Shown: piece by piece, positions 56,275 to 64,000 of the stretch
How the letters are laid out: every line of letters starts with the position of its first letter
Position numbering within the stretch: position 1 is the first letter of the stretch
Assembly (NCBI GenBank): GCA_052326045.1
Contig: JBKQRH010000013.1
Span: forward strand, 77-64,076
Direction of reading: 5' to 3'
DNA length: 64,000 nucleotides
From: Terracidiphilus sp.
GTDB lineage: Bacteria > Acidobacteriota > Terriglobia > Terriglobales > Acidobacteriaceae
Notes under the pieces: generated by a model
What the model saw: only the letters and a program-made list of their open reading frames with translations
What the model was told of the DNA's origin: nothing
Database searches by the model: none
Program-made: the position numbers and the translations under genes

Positions 56275-57255
56275 GTGGCCAACGATTTGAAAACCGGCCG
56301 GTATATCACGTTGCTCGGCTACGGCGCCTGCGCGTTGGCCGGGTGCCTGTGGGGCACGGGCTTCTACTGGGGCAGGCTGGCGCTGAACGAGATGAGCGTG
56401 GAGCACATGGTGCTCTACCGCTTTCTGTTTGCCTCCCTGGGCATGTTGCCGGTGGCGCTGATCAATCGGAGCCGGTTTCGCCTTACCGGCGGCGAGCTGC
56501 GCCTGCTGCTCATCTGCGCAACCCTCGGCGTGCCCGTCCAGTTTCTGCTTCAGTTCCATGGCCTGGCCCTGACCACGGTAAGCCACGCCTCGCTGATGGT
56601 GGGCGCCATGCCGGTGTTGCTGGCCGCGGCCGCCGCGCTCTTTGCAAGTGAGCGGCTTGACTGGCTCGGCTGGCTGGCGCTGGCCGGTTCCACGGTGGGC
56701 GCGGCGCTCATCGTTCTGGGCGGCAGCCGGGGCCCGGCCGCGCAAGGAGAGCCTTCGCTGGCCGGCGATCTGCTGGTGGTCGCCTCGCTGGTCGCCGCAT
56801 TGGCCTGGATTCTGCTCAGCAAAAAGCTGATGCTGACACATAGCCCGCCGGTCGTGACGGCCTACACCATCCTCGCCGGAACCGTCATGCTGGCCATCCT
56901 GATCCTGGGCCCCTGGCTGCTGAACCCGCTGCTGAGTCCCTTCACCCACCACAATTTCCAGCCGCCGCCGTTCGCCCACGTGAGCCCCACCGCCTGGTTT
57001 GCGCTCGCCTTCAGCGGCCTGTTCTGCACGGCCACCACCACGCTGCTCTGGAACTGGGGCCTCCACCACGTGCCGGCCTCGCGCGCGGGCGTCTTCCTGA
57101 ACATCGAACCGGCGATGGGCTCCTGGCTGGGCGTTCAGTTGCTCGGCGAACACCTGGGCCCGTACGCCTGGGCGGGCGGCGCGCTCATCCTGACTGCGGC
57201 CGTGACCCTGACCACGCGCGGCCACGAGCCGGAACCCGCCATCATCCTGGAATAG
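56275..57255 (+). CDS. DMT/EamA family transporter
   Basis: LWG, YRF, ~10 TMs, GDLL, F.NIEP, LLGE; start approximate. Confidence 0.9.
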   Translation: MANDLKTGRYITLLGYGACALAGCLWGTGFYWGRLALNEMSVEHMVLYRFLFASLGMLPVALINRSRFRLTGGELRLLLICATLGVPVQFLLQFHGLALTTVSHASLMVGAMPVLLAAAAALFASERLDWLGWLALAGSTVGAALIVLGGSRGPAAQGEPSLAGDLLVVASLVAALAWILLSKKLMLTHSPPVVTAYTILAGTVMLAILILGPWLLNPLLSPFTHHNFQPPPFAHVSPTAWFALAFSGLFCTATTTLLWNWGLHHVPASRAGVFLNIEPAMGSWLGVQLLGEHLGPYAWAGGALILTAAVTLTTRGHEPEPAIILE

Positions 57256-57283
57256 CCGCAGCGGATTGCGTAACATTCTTTCT

Positions 57284-57997
57284 ATGGAAGACAGCGGGGC
57301 TTCAGGTTCCGGCAGGGAGAACTCCGTCGCCGCACGGAGCAAGCGGCGCGACTTGCTTGAGCTTGCTGTTGCCTATTCGCTGATTCTGCTCGTCGTCTGG
57401 ACGCCGCGCCCCTGGCAGCGACTGCTCTGGTGGGTTGCAGCCGCCTCGGTCGTGGCCATTACGTGCATCTCGTTCGACGGCTTGAAAGCGATGGGCCTGT
57501 GCAGGGCAAACTTCTTCCGTTCGCTCTGGGTGGCAGGTGCAGCCCTCGCGGTGGCCGCGGTGGCCGTCGCCGTGGCCGACAAGCTGCATACGCTGCACGC
57601 GCCGCGCGGCCCCGTCCTGTTCATCGAGACTTACTGGGCTTATGCGCTGTGGACGATTGTGCAGCAGTTCCTGTTGCAATGTTTCTTTCTGTTGCGGCTC
57701 AGGCGGCTGGCGCCGGGCGCAAACTCCGCGGCGGCCGTGGCCGCGGCCATCTTCGCGATCGCGCATCTGCCCAATCCCATCCTCGCCTCGGTCACCTTGA
57801 TCTGGGGCTTTGCCGCCTGCCTGCTCTTTCTCCGCTATCGCAACCTTTATCCGCTGGCCATGGCGCACGCCATCCTGGGCATCACCATCGCCATCACCAT
57901 TCCCGGACCGGTGGACCATAACATGCGGGTTGGCCTCGGCTACCTGACTTACAGGCACAGAATTCATCCAACGGCATATCCGTCACCGCAGCCATAG
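57284..57997 (+). CDS. CPBP/Abi intramembrane protease-like protein with degenerate motif 1
   Basis: QQFLLQ in place of EExxxR; FAIAH and HAILG motifs kept. Confidence 0.8.
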   Translation: MEDSGASGSGRENSVAARSKRRDLLELAVAYSLILLVVWTPRPWQRLLWWVAAASVVAITCISFDGLKAMGLCRANFFRSLWVAGAALAVAAVAVAVADKLHTLHAPRGPVLFIETYWAYALWTIVQQFLLQCFFLLRLRRLAPGANSAAAVAAAIFAIAHLPNPILASVTLIWGFAACLLFLRYRNLYPLAMAHAILGITIAITIPGPVDHNMRVGLGYLTYRHRIHPTAYPSPQP

Positions 57998-58873
57998 AGA
58001 CCAGATCGTGTCTACCGAGGCATGGGTGACGGCGGCTGCTCCCACCCGGCGCTCCTGCCGCCATGCCCGGCCATAGAAGACTCCCGCCACCGCGGCCAAC
58101 AACACGTATCGCCAGTTGAAAAGCGCCGTCCGCTTGTTGAAGTGGGACAGGCCAAAGAGGACCGCCGTCAGAAACAGCGCAGGAGTGCGTCCCATGCGCC
58201 GCTCCAGAAGATTCTGGAGCCATCCCCGAAAGAAGAGCTCTTCCGGAACGGCGATGAAGAAGAAGGTGAAGATCCACGCCCCGGCCATCGGCGCCAACCC
58301 CGGCCACAATGCGTGCGGATGCAGAAAACCCAACCCCAGGCCCAGCGCCAGTGCAATGGGCGTGTACCAGACCAGCTCCCGCAGTCCAATCGTGGCATCG
58401 CGCACGCGCAGGCGCAGGTCGAATCCAACTCCATCCAGTTGCCGTAACGCGATGAAGCCGTAGATGCCCGCGTCCAGCAGCAGTATTTTGTTGAAGATCG
58501 CCAGGTGGGCCGGCCACGCGCCCTCAAACCAGCGCAGGTCGACCGCCAGGCCCAGCGTGGCCAGAACCAGAAAATCCCGCCAGTTGCCGCGCTGGCCGAT
58601 GTCAATCCACCGGGCCTGCCAAAGCAGGCTTGCCACCGCGACGGGAAGCACGGCATACAACGTAAACCAGCCCCAGCGGAAGATCCCGGCAGCACACGTC
58701 ATCAGCACATAGGGCACGCTCAAGGCAGCGGGGCAGACGAGTTGCGCCCAGACAGGAAGCCTGCGCGCCCACCCGGCCGCGCCCTGCGGAAAGAATGCCG
58801 CTGCCAGAAACGGGATGAGCGTGAGCAAGGCAGCGATCGAATTCGCCGGAGTGATCATAAGGCTCAGCTCCAT
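57983..58873 (-). CDS. CPBP/Abi intramembrane metalloprotease
   Basis: PEELFFRG, FGLSH, HASVD. Confidence 0.9.
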   Translation of the reverse strand: MELSLMITPANSIAALLTLIPFLAAAFFPQGAAGWARRLPVWAQLVCPAALSVPYVLMTCAAGIFRWGWFTLYAVLPVAVASLLWQARWIDIGQRGNWRDFLVLATLGLAVDLRWFEGAWPAHLAIFNKILLLDAGIYGFIALRQLDGVGFDLRLRVRDATIGLRELVWYTPIALALGLGLGFLHPHALWPGLAPMAGAWIFTFFFIAVPEELFFRGWLQNLLERRMGRTPALFLTAVLFGLSHFNKRTALFNWRYVLLAAVAGVFYGRAWRQERRVGAAAVTHASVDTIWSLWLR

Positions 58874-59066
58874 TGTGCGCCTTCCTCCCGAAAATTCCTC
58901 GCGGGCCGCGACCCTTCGGCGAAGAACGAAATCGCCCCGTTGCGGCCGAGATTCTTCCCGCGCCAACCTCAGGGCGGCAAACCTTGGTCACTAGAACCGT
59001 GCAGATTACCGGTAACGCCCGGCCAGGCACGGTCGATATCTCCATGAGTGATTAGCGGAGGCTCAT

Positions 59067-59474
59067 GTGACCCTTTTAACCTTGAACGACACCTGTTCCA
59101 TCGGCGTAAGAGCCATGGACGATCAGCACGGCATCCTGATGGATACCATGAACGAGCTTCGCCAGGCGCTGGCGCGCGGTGCGGGCCGGGAACAGCTGCG
59201 CGAAGTGCTCGACCGGCTGATCGAGTTTACGCGCATGCACTTCTGGAGCGAGGAACAGCTGATGGAGCAGAGCGCATTTCCCGGTTTGGCCGAGCACCGC
59301 TCCGAACACCACGGCATGCTAGCGCAGATGATCCAGTCGGCCCATCGTGTGCAATACGGCGAAGGAGCGCGGATGCGGCAGCTGGTCGACTTCCTGTGCA
59401 ACTGGTTCGCCGAGCACATCGAGAGCCTCGACCGGCATTATGGCGTGTGGCTGAATGAGCGGGGCGTGCGGTAA
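59067..59474 (+). CDS. Bacteriohemerythrin
   Basis: IGV..MDDQH, HFWSEE, HRSEH, W..EHI...D; full di-iron ligand set. Confidence 0.93.
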   Translation: MTLLTLNDTCSIGVRAMDDQHGILMDTMNELRQALARGAGREQLREVLDRLIEFTRMHFWSEEQLMEQSAFPGLAEHRSEHHGMLAQMIQSAHRVQYGEGARMRQLVDFLCNWFAEHIESLDRHYGVWLNERGVR

Positions 59475-59504
59475 ACACGCCGCAGCGCAGCAGCGTGTTC
59501 TGGC

Positions 59505-60233
59505 TTACCAGATTCCTGGAAACAGACGATAGCGCGTGAGGGCCGCGTATTCTCGGTATCCCGCCAGTTCGCGGCGGAGGAAACGGTCTTCGTGCCCCGT
59601 GCGCCACACGATCAGAAGCACCATCAGCGCCGCGACCGCCATTGCCCACCCGGAACCGAACATGAGCGCCGTTGCCGGATACATCAGGATAGACCCCACG
59701 TACATGGGGTGGCGCACGATGCGATAGGGGCCCGCGCTGACCACTCGATGGCCGCGGTCCGACTGAATGCGAACCGTGGTCTCAGCGAAGGGGTTGACCA
59801 GGAAGGTCCAGGCAGTCAGCGCCATGGCGGCTAGGAATAGGGCAATGCCGGGAAATATTGTCCACTGCGGCATCGGCATCCAGCGGAAACGGACCGCATC
59901 CAGGCCCGCAACCGCAACCTGAATGAACGTAAGCGGGAAATAGATCGACACAAATATCTTGTCGAACCCTTTCGTATCCTTGCGCATGAATTTGCCGCGC
60001 GCTTCCAGCAGGCCAGGGTTGAACCGATGCACCAACGCGCCTGTAACGGTCATCGTAACTACATAGATAGCGGTGCATATCCAGCCGCGCACCCAATCGA
60101 ACCGTCTAGCGCCCGCAAAGACCGCAGCAATCCAAAGGAACATCATCGACATGCCCTTGGCGAGCTTCCAGAGGCGGCCAAGAAGGCTCAAGGAGATTCT
60201 CGTTTGCGATTCCGCCACGGATAGATCGGGCAT
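59505..60233 (-). CDS. Isoprenylcysteine carboxyl methyltransferase family protein
   Basis: NPF...VRIQ.DRGH.VV..GPY..VRHPMY, ED..L..EL.GY.EY. Confidence 0.9.
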   Translation of the reverse strand: MPDLSVAESQTRISLSLLGRLWKLAKGMSMMFLWIAAVFAGARRFDWVRGWICTAIYVVTMTVTGALVHRFNPGLLEARGKFMRKDTKGFDKIFVSIYFPLTFIQVAVAGLDAVRFRWMPMPQWTIFPGIALFLAAMALTAWTFLVNPFAETTVRIQSDRGHRVVSAGPYRIVRHPMYVGSILMYPATALMFGSGWAMAVAALMVLLIVWRTGHEDRFLRRELAGYREYAALTRYRLFPGIW

Positions 60234-60372
60234 CTTGCTCCCCTTTGCCTGGCTCCGCGCCACCGGAACCGAATGGATTATCCCTGCGACCAGGATTGTG
60301 GCCGTGGCGCGAGTTGTCCGTAAGTGATAGCCAACACTGGGAGTTGTGACGGCATTACTGCCCTGTAGCGCC

Positions 60373-61539
60373 TCACACTTCGAACGAAAGTTGGGCCGAG
60401 GCGAGGAGCGGCGAAGCGGGCTTCGGCTCGGAAGCCAGTTCGTAAACCAGCCGTTCCAGCACCAGCCGCTTGTCCGGCGGGGAAGAGCGTAATTCCAGGT
60501 CGGCGCGGGCAACCAGCCGCAGCGCCCGCGTCAGGTAGCGGCGGCTCTTGTAACGCCTTGCCTGGCGGATGAGATCGTCGGCGGCAAAGGGCGGCATGCG
60601 GAAGCCCTGCCACAACGCCTGCCAGATGGCGCGCGAGTCGCGCACGTTCTTCTCCAGAATCACCAGCATCTGCCGGAAGGTGCGGGCAAGCATGTAGAGA
60701 TGCCCAATCGCCGCGTCCTCGCCCGCGTCGGAGCTGTTCAGCAGCCCATGTAGCAGGGCCAGCGCGCGCACCCGGTCGCGGGCGCTGATGGCGTCGGTCA
60801 ACTCGTACAGCGAGCGCTGCTTGGCGGCCAGCACCATGGTCTCCACATCGCCCAGCGTGATGCGTCCCCGGCCCAGGGTATAGAGCAGCAGCTTCTCCAG
60901 CTCCGAGGAGACCAGCATCATGTCCGCGCCCAACGCATCCACCAGCTCGCGGGCCGCATCCGTGTCCACGCGCGCGCCGGCCTCGTTCGCGGTGGCCACG
61001 GTCCAGCGCATTGCGTCTTCTTCGCTCACGCGGGCCAGTTCCACCATTCCGCAGTGCTCGCCCAGAGTCTCGGTGAGCCGCTCGAAGCGGTTCTTGTCGT
61101 CCATCTCCATGCGCCGCGCGTCGGAGGGGATGCGCAGGAAGTCGGCCACAAAAATCAGCAGCGCCTGCGGGTTGGGCGAGCGGAAATAGCGGTCCAGAGC
61201 CGCAAATTCGTCCTTCTTGGCGCCGCGGGTGTAGAGCTGGCGCACGTTGCGCACAAAAATCACCTGAAACGGCGCCATCAGCGAGGGGGTCTGCGCGCGG
61301 TCCAGCACCTCGAAGACCGAAGTGTTGGCCAGATCCAGGTCGGAGAGGCAAAAATCTCTCAACTCCGGCGGCACGAAGGCCTTGAGCACGGCCGAGCGGC
61401 AGCGGTCCAATAAAAAGACTTCGTCGCCGGCCAGCACGTAACCGGCCTTGAGCGGCCCCTTGCCGGCGGCGGCAGCATCGATCTCCGCCACAAAGCGGCC
61501 CACGGCGGCAAACCCCGCGCCCCAGCGCCCGCCGCTCAC
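60373..61539 (-). CDS. holA: DNA polymerase III delta subunit
   Basis: YVLAGDE.FL, TPSLM, ELEKL.LY, LYELTDAI; downstream of lptE. Confidence 0.9.
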   Translation of the reverse strand: MSGGRWGAGFAAVGRFVAEIDAAAAGKGPLKAGYVLAGDEVFLLDRCRSAVLKAFVPPELRDFCLSDLDLANTSVFEVLDRAQTPSLMAPFQVIFVRNVRQLYTRGAKKDEFAALDRYFRSPNPQALLIFVADFLRIPSDARRMEMDDKNRFERLTETLGEHCGMVELARVSEEDAMRWTVATANEAGARVDTDAARELVDALGADMMLVSSELEKLLLYTLGRGRITLGDVETMVLAAKQRSLYELTDAISARDRVRALALLHGLLNSSDAGEDAAIGHLYMLARTFRQMLVILEKNVRDSRAIWQALWQGFRMPPFAADDLIRQARRYKSRRYLTRALRLVARADLELRSSPPDKRLVLERLVYELASEPKPASPLLASAQLSFEV

Positions 61540-61635
61540 CGGCTCACTCTCCTCGCAGCGCGGCCTATGAATGCGTCGATCATGTGGCTCCAGAATACCC
61601 TCACGGCAGTGTGCAAACCAAGAAAAATCAAAAAA

Positions 61636-61690
61636 CAGCTTCTAGCTGTTAGCTCTTAGCGAAAGACCCGGCGCTAAAAGCTAATAGCTG
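61636..61690. repeat. Hairpin built from TAGC-containing heptamers
   Basis: agctgttagctcttagcg ... cgctaaaagctaatagct. Confidence 0.6.
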
Positions 61691-61694
61691 CCTT

Positions 61695-62216
61695 TCAAAA
61701 CCCCTCCAGCACATCGGCCACCAACTGTCGCGCGAACTCCCGCGAGAGCCGCTCCATAGCCGCCGGATTCTCCTGAATGAAGGTCGGCAGGTCGGTGGTG
61801 GACTGGTACTGCTGGCGGTAGACGTAGTTCTTGTTCTCATAAAGAACTTTGCCGTCGCGTCCGGTAAGCGTGACCGAAGCCACAATGGTGATGAGGAAGC
61901 TGGACGACTCCTGCGTCGAGGCGTTGTAGGTCAGCGGCGCCACGGCCTCCTTGAGAATCGTCCCCTGCAGCACCGCGTCCGGATCTCCGCCTGTGTCAGG
62001 CGTCACCCGCAGACGGGTGCGGGTGGCAAATTCGCGAATCACCGCATTGGTCATCACCGTCTCGGTGTGATACGCCTCGGTGCGGGTGGCGAAGACCGGC
62101 ACGGAGAGCGTGCGCACATCGGGCGGCAGATGCGTAACCGCGCCCAGCGTGTGGTATCCGCAGCCGGAGAAGGCGACCAGGGCAAGAGTGATCGGGGCAA
62201 AAGCAAACTGGCGCAT
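61695..62216 (-). CDS. lptE: LPS assembly lipoprotein LptE
   Basis: Lipobox FSGC-GY; upstream of holA. Confidence 0.85.
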   Translation of the reverse strand: MRQFAFAPITLALVAFSGCGYHTLGAVTHLPPDVRTLSVPVFATRTEAYHTETVMTNAVIREFATRTRLRVTPDTGGDPDAVLQGTILKEAVAPLTYNASTQESSSFLITIVASVTLTGRDGKVLYENKNYVYRQQYQSTTDLPTFIQENPAAMERLSREFARQLVADVLEGF

Positions 62217-62323
62217 GACTCATCTTAGCGCGCTGCCCATCCCGGAGCGCACCTGATTCGGCCCCTAAAAGAATTGCATCGCCACAAGCTGCCACCCCGA
62301 TGATCCGCCATTCGGAGAGCGTT

Positions 62324-63391
62324 CTATTTAGAACGCTCATCTTTCCCACTGGTACCGTTGAGGATGTATTCCGCCATGGTGTCTGCAGCATCCCTTACCG
62401 GAGCATTTTCAATGTTAGAAAGCACCACAATGAACAAGTGTTGATCGGGATAGCGGGCTTCAAATGCCGCAAAACCAGGATCCCCGCCTTCGTGATAGAT
62501 TCTTCGCCGAGGGGCGCTGTCAACAAACCAGCCATATCCGTAATGACCAGGAGGATGAGCCTTGAACATCAGATCAAGGGAGTGGCGCGTGAGAAAGCCT
62601 GGCGAGTCAAGGGCTTTGTTCCAAAGTGCCAGGTCCCCGACGGTTGTGCTAATGCCTCCAGCGCCAATCTCAACAGACCGGTCAAAGTAGTCTCGATGCC
62701 GCAAACGCCCATCCTCGAACGTGTGTCCTTCAGCCGCATTGGGAATGATCGCAAGTGTGGAGGCATACCCGGAGTGGGTCATCTTGAGCGGCTGGAAGAT
62801 GTGATGGGCGAGGTAAGCGCCATAATCTTCGCCCGAAAGCTCTTCGATGATGTAGGCGAGCAGGCAGTATTCGGTGTTGGTATAAGCCCACTTTGTTCCG
62901 GGCGGAAAGGCCAAGGGCCTGTCCCGGAATGTTTGGATGAGTTCATCCGGCGTGTACGGCACAGCAATCCCTTTCGAATAATCTTTGATGTCGTTGTTAG
63001 GAACCCCAGAGGTGTGAGTTAGAAGCTCGTGAATCGTGATCGCCTTCCAGGATTCCGGCGCATTCTTGTAGTATTTCCCGATGGGATCGTCGAGCGAGAG
63101 TTTTCCTTGTTCGGCTAATTGCAGAATCGCTACTGCCGTGAATTGCTTGCTGACGGATGCGATCTCAAACCTGGTTTGAGCCGTGTTTGGAATCTTCCAG
63201 CCTTCGACGGCCAGGCCGTAACTCTTCTCCAGAATTGTGTGCCCATTGCGCTCGACGAGGATGTTTCCCTGAAATTGCCTTTCCGGTGGGAGCTTGCGCA
63301 CGAAGGCGTCCATCCGGTCGCCCAGGTCTCTTTGTTGAGCGTGAACACTGGTGGAAAGGAGCAAGACAAGCGGGATCAGGTATTGCTTCAT
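62324..63391 (-). CDS. Serine hydrolase, beta-lactamase (class C-like) family
   Basis: Signal; IASVSKQF (SxxK), LLTHTSG, YTN, HEG. Confidence 0.92.
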   Translation of the reverse strand: MKQYLIPLVLLLSTSVHAQQRDLGDRMDAFVRKLPPERQFQGNILVERNGHTILEKSYGLAVEGWKIPNTAQTRFEIASVSKQFTAVAILQLAEQGKLSLDDPIGKYYKNAPESWKAITIHELLTHTSGVPNNDIKDYSKGIAVPYTPDELIQTFRDRPLAFPPGTKWAYTNTEYCLLAYIIEELSGEDYGAYLAHHIFQPLKMTHSGYASTLAIIPNAAEGHTFEDGRLRHRDYFDRSVEIGAGGISTTVGDLALWNKALDSPGFLTRHSLDLMFKAHPPGHYGYGWFVDSAPRRRIYHEGGDPGFAAFEARYPDQHLFIVVLSNIENAPVRDAADTMAEYILNGTSGKDERSK

Positions 63392-63537
63392 AGTCCGAGG
63401 CTAGCAGGAGCTTGAGCGTACGGCAATTGGAAAAAGACAAGTCCAATGAGTGAAGCGGGCCGGAGACGAAGCAACTCATTCCTACCGTTTTCCTACGCAG
63501 ATAGAGTGGGAGGCGATTGCATTCCAAGGCTGCAAAA

Positions 63538-64000
63538 CTACACCCAGGCTGTCGCCAGCATTCCCAGCTTCACAGAAAAGAGTTTCAGGCCGTCGGCGCG
63601 CTCCTTGAAATAGAGTTCGTTGAGCCGGTCTGAATCCAACTGCTCGATGCGCCGGAATCCGGCGCGGCGCAGTTCCGCTTCCATTGTTTGCGGCGTGAAG
63701 AAAAGCTGGAACGGTTCCCCGGCGGCTGCGACGCGCCCGGCCAACCCGTCGAATGCTGCGTGGCCGGCCGGGCTGAGAGTCTCCGGCGCGAGGGCGTAAT
63801 CGAAGCCCACGGCGGTCCCGGCGGGCAGTTGCGCAATTGCCCCAAGCGTGGCCTGAAAGGCTTCCAGCGTCAGATAGGGCGCCACCCCCAGCCAGCCGAA
63901 GAACGCGGCTTTGTGGGCATCGAAGCCCGCCTCGGCCAGCCCTGCGGCCAAGGTCTTGTGTTCAAAGTCCAGAGGAACAAACGTGAGGCTGGCCGGCAGG
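63538..64000 (-). CDS. Class I SAM-dependent methyltransferase (LCM-like), partial; continues beyond the window
   Basis: FVPLDFE, L..AGFD, WLGVAPYL, FDY, GEPF. Confidence 0.85.
   Translation of the reverse strand, partial: LPASLTFVPLDFEHKTLAAGLAEAGFDAHKAAFFGWLGVAPYLTLEAFQATLGAIAQLPAGTAVGFDYALAPETLSPAGHAAFDGLAGRVAAAGEPFQLFFTPQTMEAELRRAGFRRIEQLDSDRLNELYFKERADGLKLFSVKLGMLATAWV

Noticed and set aside
15761-63022. Long opposite-strand ORFs (15761-16999, 22101-23438, 41361-42653, 42757-44277, 47101-48717, 56248-57342, 62300-63022)
   Set aside because: They overlap well-supported genes and are typical high-GC shadow frames with no motifs

Overview
GC-rich bacterial DNA, very probably an Acidobacteriota (Acidobacteriaceae/Terriglobales-like) chromosome; this is inferred from the Oar-type TonB receptor, the acidobacterial VWA and NHL/Ig proteins and the GGTG-footed REP hairpins. 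(1) 1-11.6 kb: four co-oriented secreted modular enzymes (GH6, GH30, GH5_1 and a 1-nt frameshifted GH48) built from shared Thr-rich Ig-like repeats and CBM2 modules. This is an actinomycete-style free-enzyme cellulase set, with a conserved stem-loop motif after each of the first three genes. (2) 12.4-29.9 kb: a polysaccharide-utilisation locus without SusD. A TonB-dependent receptor, an NHL/Ig surface protein, a GH44 lipoprotein and a GH42 enzyme are transcribed divergently from a membrane-spanning wHTH-like/tandem-malectin regulator and a degenerate clan GH-A protein. The last Ig domain of the NHL/Ig protein appears split by a TM hairpin with an internal lipobox. (3) 30-64 kb: mostly backbone (VWA, ABC ATPase, TrmJ, TonB_C, GH43, GGDEF, GNAT-nitrilase, era, CorC, ybeY, GH29, DHA2 MFS, PP2C, EamA, two CPBP, hemerythrin, holA, lptE). 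It also holds IS debris, REP hairpins inserted in frame in era, an MshEN-AAA ATPase and a 57-aa zinc-finger ORF absent from the ORF track. Two orphan tRNA-Pro 3' halves lie at 12.1 and 48.7 kb. No CRISPR array, rRNA or intact tRNA was seen. All family calls come from motif recognition by eye; no searches were run.
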